DNA from: Alphaproteobacteria bacterium
Lineage (GTDB): Bacteria > Pseudomonadota > Alphaproteobacteria > GCA-2731375
Direction of reading: 5' to 3'
Length of the DNA stretch: 64,000 bases
Assembly (NCBI GenBank): GCA_965225945.1
Contig: CBDDBZ010000027.1
Location: 32,001-96,000 of the forward strand
Part shown: one piece after another, positions 40,234 to 50,567 of the stretch
How positions within the stretch are numbered: the stretch's first letter is position 1
Layout of the letters: every line of letters begins with the position of its first letter
Program-made: the position numbers and the translations under genes
Notes under the pieces: model-generated
Told to the model about the DNA's origin: nothing
Database searches by the model: none
The model's input: only the letters and a program-made list of their open reading frames with translations

Positions 40234-41325
40234 TTACCAGATCGCCACCGGCGACCCGATGGAGCCCGTGGCGCCGGCGATCGGCACCGGCGTATAGACG
40301 TAGAGGAACAAGTAGACACCGGCATCGGCCAGGGCCTTCAGCTTCAGGTTCTCCTGATTGACGATGCCGTGGCGGGTCTGCAGGTGGTTGTGGACGCAGA
40401 AGACGCAGCCGGGGGCCACTTCATTGGGTGTGTCCTTGCCCGCCACCGGATCCGTCGCCGGCCAAGTATCGCCGCCGGTGACGCCCGCCTTCACCTCCTC
40501 GGCGATCCAGCGCGCCACGTCGAAGCCGATTCCCGGAGCGCCGTTGTTGAACTTGGCGTTGTCCTTGATCCAGTACTTCTCCCAGCCGTAGCGGAAGATG
40601 ATGGCGTCGCCCTCCATGAACTCGAAGTTCTCCATGCCTTGGCGCTTCAAGGCCTTCTTGACGTCGGCCATGGTCGCGACCTGGCCCGCTTCCATCGACT
40701 CGACGCCGCGCGCGCCCGCGAAGTCGATCAGGATGGCGCGGGCGACGATCGGGTGCAGCTTCTCGGTGCCGAGCTTCCTGAGCCCGTAGGCACTGCCCAT
40801 CTCGGCCGCGGTGAAGCCGTTGTACCAGCGCATGTTGTCGAGGTCGCCCGGCCCGCCGATCGCCACGCCGATATGACCGAGGCCGTCGAACTGCGTCCCG
40901 ACCTGGCCGATCTCGGTCGCCAGGAACTCGTCGTTGTACATCAGCTTGGAGGCGCCGAACGGACCGCCCGTGGGCGTCCCCGGAATTCGCAGGCTGAACT
41001 TGCGCTTGCCGAAGAGCGGCATGTCATCGGTATAGTCGTGACCGATTTTCATGGACTTGCCCTGCTTGACCACCGACATGGCGCGCAGCACCACCGCCGG
41101 CTTCGTGTACCAGTTGGTCGAGCCGGCCTCGTCGCCCGCGCCCCAGAGCGTGTTCGGCCACCATTTGGAGCCGAGCGGCGTCGCCATCGCACTGCCGTCG
41201 ACCCAGGGCTGGCCGGCGCAGGCCTTCCAGTTCTTGTCGCTGCATTCCGCCGCGAGCGCGCTACCGCCCGTGGCCAGGGCAAAACTCATGAGGCTCGCAG
41301 CCGCGAGCATGATTCGAGATTTCAC
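40234..41325 (-). CDS. secreted cyclase family (kynurenine formamidase-like) protein
   Basis: signal peptide; WGAGDEAG, GTQFDGLGH, ENL, GATGS motifs. Confidence 0.88.
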   Translation of the reverse strand: MKSRIMLAAASLMSFALATGGSALAAECSDKNWKACAGQPWVDGSAMATPLGSKWWPNTLWGAGDEAGSTNWYTKPAVVLRAMSVVKQGKSMKIGHDYTDDMPLFGKRKFSLRIPGTPTGGPFGASKLMYNDEFLATEIGQVGTQFDGLGHIGVAIGGPGDLDNMRWYNGFTAAEMGSAYGLRKLGTEKLHPIVARAILIDFAGARGVESMEAGQVATMADVKKALKRQGMENFEFMEGDAIIFRYGWEKYWIKDNAKFNNGAPGIGFDVARWIAEEVKAGVTGGDTWPATDPVAGKDTPNEVAPGCVFCVHNHLQTRHGIVNQENLKLKALADAGVYLFLYVYTPVPIAGATGSIGSPVAIW

Positions 41326-41454
41326 TGGTTTCCTCCCTCATGTCAGTGATCGGGCCGGTCATACGGCCCACGACAGAAAGCATATCCGAAATACGATAGG
41401 TCTCAGATCCGCAGCCCCGGGCGGCCCGGCAATTGGCTTCGAGGCCGAAGCGTT

Positions 41455-42447
41455 CTAAAGCGTGCGGACGCGGACCTCCGCGTCGTCGTCCGCGACGAGG
41501 CGATTGCGCAGCGGGCGCCCGAAGAGATCCGCCTCGATCTCGAAGACGTCGCCCACGCGGGTCTCGACGCCGTCCGCCGTACTGATCGCCGAAGCGCCGA
41601 AGAAGTGCACATGGACGTCGCCGGGCCGGCGGAAGTTGGCGTATTTGAAGTGGTGATGCTCCAGGTTCGCGAGGCTGTGGGACATGTTCGCCTCGCCCGA
41701 GAAAAATGGCTTCTCCCAGACGACCTCGTTGCCGCGCCGGATCCGGACCGTGCCGCGAACGTCGTCCGGCAGCTCGCCGATCAGCAACTCGGGGCCGTAG
41801 GCGCACTGGCGCAGCTTCGAATGCGCCAGGTAGAGATAGTTTTGCCGCTCCATCACGTGATCGGTGAATTCGTTGCCGAGGGCATAGCCGACACGACGGG
41901 GCGTGCCGTCCGGCGCGATGACGTAGAGACCGGCGATCTCGGCCTCGTCGCCCCCGTCGAGCGCGAAGGACGGCAGCGCCAAGCCCGCTTCCGGCGCCAC
42001 CACGCAAGTGCCGTCGCCCTTGTAGAACCACTCCGGCTGCACGCCGCTCGTCCCCGGCGCGGGCTTGCCGCCTTCCAGCCCCGACTTGAACAACTTCATC
42101 GAGTCGGTGAGCGTCTCTTCCGCCTCGCTCAGCCTCGCGTGCATCTTATCGCGCGCATCGGCGCTGCCGAGGTGCGTCAGGCCGGTGCCGGTGACGATGC
42201 AGTGCGCGGGATCGGGATGATCGATCGGCGGCAGAATGCGTCCCTCGGAAATCACCTGGTCGAGATGCTCGCTCTCGCCCGTGAGGCGGGAGGTCACGAG
42301 CTGCGTGAGCGGCGCGGCGCTCTCCAACGCCAAACCCACCAGCTCGTAGACCGTCTCGACGCCGCCCAGGATCTCCACCGGCCCGCCCTCGCCGACCATG
42401 GCGACGCGGCGTGCCCCCTCGGGGTCGCGAAATTGAACCAGTCGCAT
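41455..42447 (-). CDS. fumarylacetoacetate hydrolase family protein (AraD1/GguC-like)
   Basis: GTGLTHLGSA, QPEWFYKGDG, NYLYLAHSKLR, GEANMSHS. Confidence 0.9.
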   Translation of the reverse strand: MRLVQFRDPEGARRVAMVGEGGPVEILGGVETVYELVGLALESAAPLTQLVTSRLTGESEHLDQVISEGRILPPIDHPDPAHCIVTGTGLTHLGSADARDKMHARLSEAEETLTDSMKLFKSGLEGGKPAPGTSGVQPEWFYKGDGTCVVAPEAGLALPSFALDGGDEAEIAGLYVIAPDGTPRRVGYALGNEFTDHVMERQNYLYLAHSKLRQCAYGPELLIGELPDDVRGTVRIRRGNEVVWEKPFFSGEANMSHSLANLEHHHFKYANFRRPGDVHVHFFGASAISTADGVETRVGDVFEIEADLFGRPLRNRLVADDDAEVRVRTL

Positions 42448-42474
42448 CCTCGTTCTCCCTCGAACGGTAAGCCT

Positions 42475-43602
42475 TCAGGTCGGCTTCGCCGAGGGATAGG
42501 CGTCGATCCCCAGGTCGTCGCGAAGCTGGACCGATTGCTCGGCCTTGTAGGTCTCCAGCGGTATTCCGGTGGCATCCGCGATCCGCACCACCGCGTTGAA
42601 GATCGCCACCACACCGGCCGCGTCGATCGCCGCCTCGGCGCCGAGTTCCGCGACGATCCGCGCCCGCGCCTCGGCCAGCCTACCACCGCCCTCGAAGAAG
42701 GCGTCGGCGAAGTCGATCAGCGCCTCGGCACTACCCACCCGGCTCTCCGCCAGACCCTCGCCCAGGATGTTGGCGAGCTCCGGCACCGCGCCACCGTGTT
42801 CGCCGCTCGCACGGAGCAGCACCGCATGGCTGGTGGCTCAGTAGAAGCACTGGTTGATCACCGAGACGCGGGCCGCCAGCAGCTCGATCTGGGCGTGCGT
42901 CAGATCGCGATACTCGCGGCCGAAGTCGCGCAAGCCCGCGTCGGGCAGGTAGTGGATCGCGTCGAGATCGAAGAAGCCCTGGACCTCCGCCGGCACCAGG
43001 CTCAACGCGCGGTGAATATTGGCCCCGCCGAGACCTGCATAGAGCTCGCTCTCCGCCTCGCCGACAGCCTCCGGCGCCACCGTCGGCACCCAGGCGAGAT
43101 CGCTCATCGCACCCGCCGGTCGCACGCGCGACGGCGTGCCGGGGCCCGGTTGCGGGAGGGCATGGGGCGGCAGGTCGAGCGCCTCGGCGAAACTGTCGAC
43201 GGCGATCAGCGTCGCGACGATGCCGACCGTCTCGACGAATTCGCCGTCCGAGACGCCCTCGGACAAGATCCCTTCCAACCAGCCTCGGGTAAGACGGCTC
43301 GCGTCGGTCGATACCCGATGGATCACGTCCACCAAGGGGAGCGGCAGATCACCCAGGCATTCGTGCGCGCCCGATTCCGCCGTCGGCGACACTGCCGCCT
43401 TGCGCCGGCGGCAGAGGCCGCAGGCACGGGCCTGGCGCGCTTCGGCGGCGATCGCCACGCGCGCGGCTCCATCCCACCAGGTACCGGGGGCGGCCAGCCG
43501 CGCCCAGGCGCGTTCGTGCGCCGCGACGATTTCGTCGCGAACGACGAGGGGCGAGGCTTCATAGGAGATTTCGTCGGCCACCGGCGCCAGCTCCGATTTC
43601 AA
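42475..43602 (-). CDS. AhpD-like alkylhydroperoxidase-related selenoprotein (375 aa, Sec at 42838-42840)
   Basis: two same-frame ORFs separated by one TGA giving NQCFY-U-ATSH; SECIS-like hairpin directly downstream. Confidence 0.82.
42790..42837 (-). promoter_or_regulatory. bacterial SECIS element
   Basis: lower stem GCCACC/GGUGGC, upper stem GCUGCUC/GAGCGGC, loop CGUGC 24 nt after UGA. Confidence 0.75.
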
Positions 43603-43733
43603 CTACCTCGCCCACGTTAATGGGCCGAACCCGGCGCTTCAACGGCCTTGCGCCTGCCGCCACCCTCGGGTGATCTTGGCGCGCGGGGCGCTACGTGCCA
43701 CAGTCACTTGGATTCGCGGGAGGAAGATCGAGC

Positions 43734-44345
43734 GTGCCCGATATTGGTGGTCTTCGCGGCTTCGTGGGCGAAATGACGCGACTGGTGGAACGCGTCGAGG
43801 ACGAGGCCGGGGTGCTGGAAGCGGCGGGCGGGCTGCTGCGCGATTTGGTCGCCCGCGACGACTGGCTGCCCGACGCCTTCGCCACGCCGGATCCCGACGT
43901 TTACCAGCAGTATCTGTTGCATTGCGACCCGCTGGAGCGCTTCTCGGTGGTGAGCTTCGTCTGGGGTCCCGGCCAGGGCACGCCGGTGCACGATCACATG
44001 GTCTGGGGACTGATCGGCATGCTGCGGGGCGAGGAGGCCTGCCGCGATTTCGCCGTGCCGGCGGGAGAGGCCGATATGGAGATCACCTCCGAGAGCCGAC
44101 TCCACCCCGGCGACGTCGCGGCCGTGTCGCCCCGGATCGGCGATATCCATCAGGTCTTCAACGGCCTGTCGGAGGCGCCCTCGATCAGCATTCACGTTTA
44201 CGGCGCCAACATCGGCGCGGTGAACCGGCATATCTACGATGCCGCCACCGGCCGGACCCGGCCCTTCGTCTCCGGCTACGTCAACGAGACCACCCCCAAC
44301 CTCTGGGATCGCTCGGTGGAAGTCCGCAAAGCCACGGCGGGGTAA
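43734..44345 (+). CDS. cysteine dioxygenase type I family
   Basis: YQQYLLH, VWGPGQGTPVHDH, GDIHQV, SIHVYG; GGAGG RBS. Confidence 0.9.
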   Translation: MPDIGGLRGFVGEMTRLVERVEDEAGVLEAAGGLLRDLVARDDWLPDAFATPDPDVYQQYLLHCDPLERFSVVSFVWGPGQGTPVHDHMVWGLIGMLRGEEACRDFAVPAGEADMEITSESRLHPGDVAAVSPRIGDIHQVFNGLSEAPSISIHVYGANIGAVNRHIYDAATGRTRPFVSGYVNETTPNLWDRSVEVRKATAG

Positions 44346-44388
44346 ACGGTCATTGAGCCATTACACTGATTTCCGGCATAATACGGTC

Positions 44389-44616
44389 ATGGCAGAGGCA
44401 ACAAATCGACCTTTGACTCCCGATGAAGCTACCGAGGTGGCGTCTGCGGAGCCGAGTGCCGATGTACAGGCATGGCAAGATGCCAAGGTACGCGCCGCCA
44501 TAAAGGCCGCCGCTGCCGGGAAATTCGCCGATAACAAGGACCTGCGCCGGGTGATCCGGAAATACGTCCCGGATGGATGCAATCCGCTGGACGGAAAACG
44601 CACTTCAGGACCTTGA
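44389..44616 (+). CDS. putative antitoxin (RHH domain apparently missing)
   Basis: QAWQDAKVRAAIKAAAAGKFAD antitoxin-like C-terminus; overlaps the toxin. Confidence 0.55.
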   Translation: MAEATNRPLTPDEATEVASAEPSADVQAWQDAKVRAAIKAAAAGKFADNKDLRRVIRKYVPDGCNPLDGKRTSGP

Positions 44617-44857
44617 AGACATCGGCGCATTTATCGCTCGAGACAATCCACAGGCCGCGACGAACACCGTTCGTCGAATAGTCGAGGCCGTGTCCGGTCT
44701 GAGCTTCTTTCCCCGTATCGGACGCCCGGGGCGCAACGACGATACCCGGGAATTGATCATCGGCGGCACCCCCTACATCGCCGTATATCGTCTGCGAGAG
44801 CACATCGAAATCCTGTCGATCTACCACGGCGCTCGGATGTGGCCCGAAACACTCTGA
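44573..44857 (+). CDS. RelE/ParE family toxin
   Basis: IRWTENALQDL, ARDNPQAA, FPRIGRPG, TRELII..PY, IYHGAR. Confidence 0.9.
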   Translation: MDAIRWTENALQDLEDIGAFIARDNPQAATNTVRRIVEAVSGLSFFPRIGRPGRNDDTRELIIGGTPYIAVYRLREHIEILSIYHGARMWPETL

Positions 44858-44936
44858 TCGAAGTCTTTTGGCTGTCGCGGTCTCGCCACGGCGCGAAGGA
44901 ATGCGGAACGGGAGTCGCCTGTTAGGGCGGTTGGAA

Positions 44937-47234
44937 TTACTTCGTCTCGGCAAAGGAGACGCCGTCCCAGTCCTCACCCGGCGGGTTCGCCTCGTGGAGT
45001 TCGATGCGCTCGTCATAGAGGTCGTAAAGCATGGCGAGGTCGGGCGCGAGCTCGCGGCAACTGGCGATCCATTGCCGGGCCCGGCCCCATTGCCGCGCCC
45101 GATAGGCGGTGAGCATGCGGGTCTGCGCCGCGGCGAGGGCACGGAACGCCTCGCTCTCCGCCATCGCCTTGTCGCCCATCAGGCTGAACACCCGGGTGGC
45201 TTCGCTGCGGCCCTTGACGGCGATCAGGTCGAGCTCCAGGGCGGCAAACTCGGGCACCACCGCCCGGGTGTCCTCGCCGATGATGATCCGCGCGCCATAG
45301 GTCTTCGACAGACCTTCCAAGCGAGAGGCCAGGTTCACCGAATCGCCCAGCACCGAATAGTCGAAACGCTGGTCCGAGCCCATGTTGCCGACGATGCACT
45401 CGCCGGTGTTGATGCCGATGCCGATGTCGAGCGGCTTCGCCTCGCGCCCCGCCGCCGCCACCTCCGCCACCAGCTTCTGGTTCAGCGCCGCGAGTTCGGC
45501 CTCCATGCCGAAGGCCGCCTGGCAGGCGTGGCGGGCATGCTCCGGATCGACCAAGGGGGCGTTCCAGAAGGCCATGATGCAATCGCCCATGAATTTGTCG
45601 ACGGTGCCGCTGCGAGCCTGAATGGTCTCGGTCATCGGCGTCAGGAAACTGTTGATCAGTTTCACCAGCCCCCCGGGGTCGTCGCGGAACTCTTCCGAAA
45701 TCGAGGTGAAGCCGCGCACGTCGCTGAAGAGGAACGTCATCTCCTTGTGTTCGCCGCCCAGCTTCAGGAGATCCGGCTGGTCGGCGAGCTTGTTCACCAG
45801 ATCCCTCGACAGATATTGCCCCATCGCACCCTCGATGAAGACCCGCTGTTTCTCCTCCGAGACGTGGCTGGCATAGACCAGATAGGTGTAGACGACGATG
45901 GCCATGGCCACGGGATAGGAAGGATCGAGCAACAGCAACTCGCTCCGCAGGAGGTAGAGCGCGCCGACGATCAAGCCGCCCGCCACGGTCAACAACGCCA
46001 CCAAGGTCAGGCGCGCGCCCACGACGCCGAGGGCCAGGATCAGCAACAGGCCCACGAGCGTCGTCGCCAGCAGCTCGATCGCGACGGCGACCTGAGGTCG
46101 CACGAGAAGGGTCTTGCGGATCGCGTTCTCGATCAGATGCGCATGGATCTCGACTCCGGGGACACTCGCCTCCAGGGACGTCGAGCGAATGTCCTGGAGG
46201 CCCTGGGCCGTGGCGCCGACCAAGACCATTCGACCCGCGATGCTTTCAGGCGCCACCCGATCGGCCAGGATGTCGCTGATCGAGAGATAACGGCTCTCGT
46301 TTTTGCGCAGTGCGTTCAGCCACATCCGGCCCTTTCGGTCGACCGGAATCTGGACGCCTTGAAGCACCACGGAGGTCGGTCCGGCGTCATTGGACTTGAT
46401 GGCGATCCCGGATTGGCCGGTCGCGACGCGCAACATCTCGATGCTGAGCGCGGGCACGATGGCGTCGTGGCCCGCCAGATAAACGGCCGGCACCCGGCGC
46501 ACGATGCTGTCGTGATCCACTTCCGGAATCAGCACGCCGATCCCCTTGGCCGATTTGCCGAGCTCCGGAAGATTCTCGATCAACTCGCCGATATAGCGGA
46601 TCTTCGGTCGCGGATTCGGCCCGATCGTGGCAATGGCCAGTTTCTCCAGAACCTTGTTCTCTCCGTCCCCGACAGCGCCGCCGATTTCCGCGAATAGCCC
46701 CAACACCACCGGCTGGCGGGAAATGACCCGGGCAAAGACGCTGTCGTTCGAGGGCAATTTGCGCAGCTCTTCGACCGCCTTCTTTCCGAGCCCGGGCGTG
46801 CGTTCGGCCAGGTAGCCCGGCGAGGTGCGATCCGGTTCGGCGAACACGACGTCGAAGCCGATCGCGATCGCGCCCATGCGACGCAGCTTGACGATCAATT
46901 GTGCCAAGGTCCTTCGGGACCACGGCCATTGACCGAGTTCAGCCAGGCTCTTTTCGTCGATCGCGGCGACCATCACCAATGGGGGCTTGGTGTTCGCCGG
47001 CAGCATCTGTTGCATCAGATCGAAGGTCTTGTGCCGCAGGACTTCGATCGGAGCCGGATCGGCAACTCTGATGGCGACGAAGAGGACGACCAGTATCGCC
47101 GCCACCCCTCGGCCCTTGCCCCAGACGGCGCCCCAGACCGCGCGTCCGGCCGCCTCGATCCGCTCGCGCCAAGGCCCCGGGATCGCGCCCTCCATCGCGA
47201 CGTCGGCCGGTGTCGAGGCTATTTCGCCGTGCAT
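44937..47234 (-). CDS. CHASE2-domain adenylate/guanylate cyclase
   Basis: GQWPWSR CHASE2, three TMs, FSDVRGFT, DKFMGD, GDSVNLASRLE. Confidence 0.95.
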   Translation of the reverse strand: MHGEIASTPADVAMEGAIPGPWRERIEAAGRAVWGAVWGKGRGVAAILVVLFVAIRVADPAPIEVLRHKTFDLMQQMLPANTKPPLVMVAAIDEKSLAELGQWPWSRRTLAQLIVKLRRMGAIAIGFDVVFAEPDRTSPGYLAERTPGLGKKAVEELRKLPSNDSVFARVISRQPVVLGLFAEIGGAVGDGENKVLEKLAIATIGPNPRPKIRYIGELIENLPELGKSAKGIGVLIPEVDHDSIVRRVPAVYLAGHDAIVPALSIEMLRVATGQSGIAIKSNDAGPTSVVLQGVQIPVDRKGRMWLNALRKNESRYLSISDILADRVAPESIAGRMVLVGATAQGLQDIRSTSLEASVPGVEIHAHLIENAIRKTLLVRPQVAVAIELLATTLVGLLLILALGVVGARLTLVALLTVAGGLIVGALYLLRSELLLLDPSYPVAMAIVVYTYLVYASHVSEEKQRVFIEGAMGQYLSRDLVNKLADQPDLLKLGGEHKEMTFLFSDVRGFTSISEEFRDDPGGLVKLINSFLTPMTETIQARSGTVDKFMGDCIMAFWNAPLVDPEHARHACQAAFGMEAELAALNQKLVAEVAAAGREAKPLDIGIGINTGECIVGNMGSDQRFDYSVLGDSVNLASRLEGLSKTYGARIIIGEDTRAVVPEFAALELDLIAVKGRSEATRVFSLMGDKAMAESEAFRALAAAQTRMLTAYRARQWGRARQWIASCRELAPDLAMLYDLYDERIELHEANPPGEDWDGVSFAETK

Positions 47235-47238
47235 GGTC

Positions 47239-48528
47239 TCACCGCTCGCGGAACGACTCGTGCCTCAGCTTCAGCACGGGCCTCAACAGATATTCTATGA
47301 CGGTCTTGCTTCCGGTGTGAATGTCGATGCTCGCCTGCATGCCCGGGACGATGGGGAGCGAACCCTCCTCCTCGCCCAGATAGGCCTTCTCCGTTTCGGC
47401 GACGACGCGAAAATAGGGCTGCCCGTTGGCGTCGGAATTGGCGTCCGCCGCGATATGCGCGACCACCCCCTCCAGGCCGCCATAGCGGACGAAGTCGTAG
47501 GACGTCACCTTGACCACGACCCGCTGGCCTTCCTCGACATAGCCGCGATCGATCGGATTGAGGCGCGCCACGATCACCAGCTTCTCGTGGGTCGGCACGA
47601 TTTCCATGATCGGCTCGCCCGGCCGCACCACGCCGCCGATGGTGTGATAGCGGAGGTTCTTGACGATGCCATCGATCGGACTGGTGATTTGGGTGCGGTC
47701 GGCCTGCTCCGTCGCCTTGATCATCAGCTCGCGGATGCGGGCGATCTCGCCCTCGACCTCGCGAATTTCGTCGCTCGCCTGGCGCTTGAACTTGCGGTCG
47801 ATCTCGCGCTCCCGCTCACGCGCCTCGGCGAGTGCCGCCCGTGCCCTCGGGATGGTAGCGTCGAGCGCCTCCAGCTTCTTCCCCAAGGCCTCGACCTCGC
47901 GGGTGAGCTGGACGTGCTCCATGCGCGAGGTCAGGCCCTTCTCCAGAAGCACTTGCGACATCTGAAAGCGTTCGCGGGAATAGCCGAGATCCACGGTCAC
48001 GGCTTGGCGATGGGTCCCTAGCTCGCGGATGTCGAGCTGGCGCTGAAGAATCCTCTCTTTCAGGACGGCGAGCGCGCTCTGCTGCTCGCGTCGCCCGGAT
48101 TCGAACTGCTCACGCTCACGCCGCAGCAGATTAGGCCGGCGCGCCCTCTCTTCCGCCGGAAACTCGGGTTCGGTGCCGCTGACCTCGCCATCGAGCCGGG
48201 CCCGCGCCAGGACCAAGCCGTCGAGCCGGACCTGCAATTCCTCCCGGTTGATCTGGTTGGGCGACAGGTTGAGCCGGACCAGGGGCTGACCGACCGTCAC
48301 CTTGTCGCCATCGGCCACTTCGATCGCCGCGACGATGCCGCCCTCGAGGTGTTGGATGACCTTGATCTGCCCCCTGGGCACGACCTCGCCGTCGGCGATC
48401 GCCACTTCCTCCAGCTGGGTGAAGTGCGCCCAGCCGACGGCGCAGACGATCAAAGTGATGACGATCCAGGCGGCCCAGCGCCAGGTCGGCAGGGGATGCT
48501 TTCGGACCATGCCGTCGAGTTCGCTCAT
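47239..48528 (-). CDS. HlyD family type I secretion adaptor
   Basis: IQHLEGGIV, coiled coil, ITSPIDG, PGMQASIDIHTG. Confidence 0.95.
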   Translation of the reverse strand: MSELDGMVRKHPLPTWRWAAWIVITLIVCAVGWAHFTQLEEVAIADGEVVPRGQIKVIQHLEGGIVAAIEVADGDKVTVGQPLVRLNLSPNQINREELQVRLDGLVLARARLDGEVSGTEPEFPAEERARRPNLLRREREQFESGRREQQSALAVLKERILQRQLDIRELGTHRQAVTVDLGYSRERFQMSQVLLEKGLTSRMEHVQLTREVEALGKKLEALDATIPRARAALAEAREREREIDRKFKRQASDEIREVEGEIARIRELMIKATEQADRTQITSPIDGIVKNLRYHTIGGVVRPGEPIMEIVPTHEKLVIVARLNPIDRGYVEEGQRVVVKVTSYDFVRYGGLEGVVAHIAADANSDANGQPYFRVVAETEKAYLGEEEGSLPIVPGMQASIDIHTGSKTVIEYLLRPVLKLRHESFRER

Positions 48529-50247
48529 GCGCCCGTGTTCAGGCGGACGGGGCCGCCCTCTCCTCCCACCAGTTCCGGCACCACCTCATGCGGCGCGCCG
48601 ACGCGGGCGATGCGCCCGCGATCCAGCACCACGACCATGCGACAGGCGGCGAGCAGGCTCGGGCTGTGGGTGACGACCACGACCATGTGATCGCCCGCCA
48701 GCGCGCTCAAGGCCTGGGTCAACTCCTGCTCCCCCTGATGGTCGAGATTGCTCGACGGCTCGTCCATCAGCACCACGGGCGGATCCTTGAGCAGCGCCCG
48801 CGCGATCGCGATCCGCTGCCGGAACCCGCCGGGGAGCCGCATGCCGCCCTCGCCCACGTCGCAGCCATAGCCCTCGGCCAGATCGATGACGCGGCGGTGC
48901 AGACCCACCAGTTCCGAGACGCGGAGCACGTCGGCGTCCGAGGCTTGCGGCGCGCCGGCGATCAAATTGTCCCGGATCGTGCCGCCGAACAGCACGCATT
49001 CCTGCGGCACATAGCCGATCCAACCGGCGATCTCCGGACGCGAGAACTGCGCGATGTCGGCGCCGTCCAGCAGCACCCACCCCTTATCGGGCGGGTAGAG
49101 ACTCTGCATCACCTTCAGTAGCGTGGTTTTTCCGCTGCCGTTGGCGCCGACGATGCCCAGCATGCCCGGCGGCTTGATCTGCGCTCGCAGCCCTTCCAGT
49201 GCCGGCGTCTCGCTGCCCGGATAGGTAAAGCCGACGTTTTCCAGCGTCAGCTCGCCCCGGGGCCGCTCCATCTCGATCCTGGCCCGGGTCGCCGGCCAGC
49301 GCGAACACCTCGCCCAGCCGCTCGATCGCCTGGCGATAGATCGCATAGCCGCGCCAGGAGGAGACGAGCTGGTTGAAGGGAGCGGCGATCCGCCCGATCA
49401 GGATATTGGCGGCGATCAGGGAGCCGATGGTCAACTGCTGGTCGATGATCGCGATCGCGCCGAAGGTGGTGACGGCGACGGTGGTGCCGACGGTGGTCAC
49501 GGCGGCGATGTTGACGTAGCTGTCGGTGTGGCTGCCGCGCTGCAGCGATCGTTCGATGGTACTGGCGTGATGGTGCTCCCACCGGGGCCGCAGCCAGTCA
49601 TCGAGGGCGAGTGCCTTTACCGTCGCGCGCCCCGCCACGACCTCGCCGATCAACCGCTCGCGGGCGAAGGCGGCCTGGCGCTCCTCGCCACTCGTGCGAT
49701 TCAGCACCTGACCGGAGCGGACCGCCAGCAGCAGGAAGATGGGCAGCGCCGCCACCATCACCCAGGCCACCGGCTCGGCGATGATGAAGACCAGCAATAT
49801 GAACAGGGCGGCGAAGGGAAGGTCGATCACCAACACCGCGGAAGAGCCGGAGAGCGTGTTGCGCACCACCTCCAGATCGCGGAACAGCGCCTGCCAGAAG
49901 GTGCTCGGCCGCCGCTCCAACTCGGCGAGCGGCAGGGTCACGAGCTTATCGAACAGCCGGCGGCCGATCACCGCGTCGATGTGGAGCGCCGCCTTCTGCA
50001 GCATGCGCGCGCGCGATTGGCGCAGGACCAGATCGAAGGCCAGCACGATGATCATGCCGACGACGAGGCCCTTCAGCGTGCTGAGGCCGGCATAGAAGAC
50101 GACGCGGTCATAGACCTGCAGCACGAAGATCGGCGTCGCCAAGGCGAAGCAGTTGACGAAGAAGGACATGATCGCGACTTCGCGATAGACGGGACGAACC
50201 GGCTTCAATATGGCGCGCAACCAGCGCCGGTCAGCCGCCTTGGTCAT
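48525..50247 (-). pseudogene. type I secretion ABC permease/ATPase, frameshifted near 49290
   Basis: QVYDRV membrane domain and GANGSGKT/MDEPSS ATPase domain lie in different frames. Confidence 0.8.
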
Positions 50248-50372
50248 GCGGGAAGCACTCCTGTCGACCCTCTCGCCGCATTCGCGCCGCCCGCGCAAAC
50301 GATCCGGACGTCCGACGGCATGATGTTATCGCCGTTGCGTCCCCTTCCCGTCAAGCCAGGGAAGGGCTGAAT

Positions 50373-50387
50373 GTTCTCGTTATGTCC
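50373..50387 (+). promoter_or_regulatory. possible LexA box upstream of the helicase
   Basis: GTTC-N7-GTCC, one mismatch. Confidence 0.4.
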
Positions 50388-50514
50388 GCATCGAATGTGT
50401 AGGCTGATCCCATCGAAGCGATGGACGCACAGCCTCGCGGTACACGGCCGACGACGGACTTGGCGGTATTTTGCCTAGCGTCCCTATCTGGTTAAAGCAG
50501 GATGGGCTCCGAAT

Positions 50515-50529
50515 GTTCTTGATATGTTC
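50515..50529 (+). promoter_or_regulatory. alphaproteobacterial LexA box
   Basis: perfect GTTC-TTGATAT-GTTC inside the IS left end, upstream of the transposase. Confidence 0.65.
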
Positions 50530-50567
50530 TCCATAGAGGTGTAGGCTGATCGCATCGGCTGGAGCTT

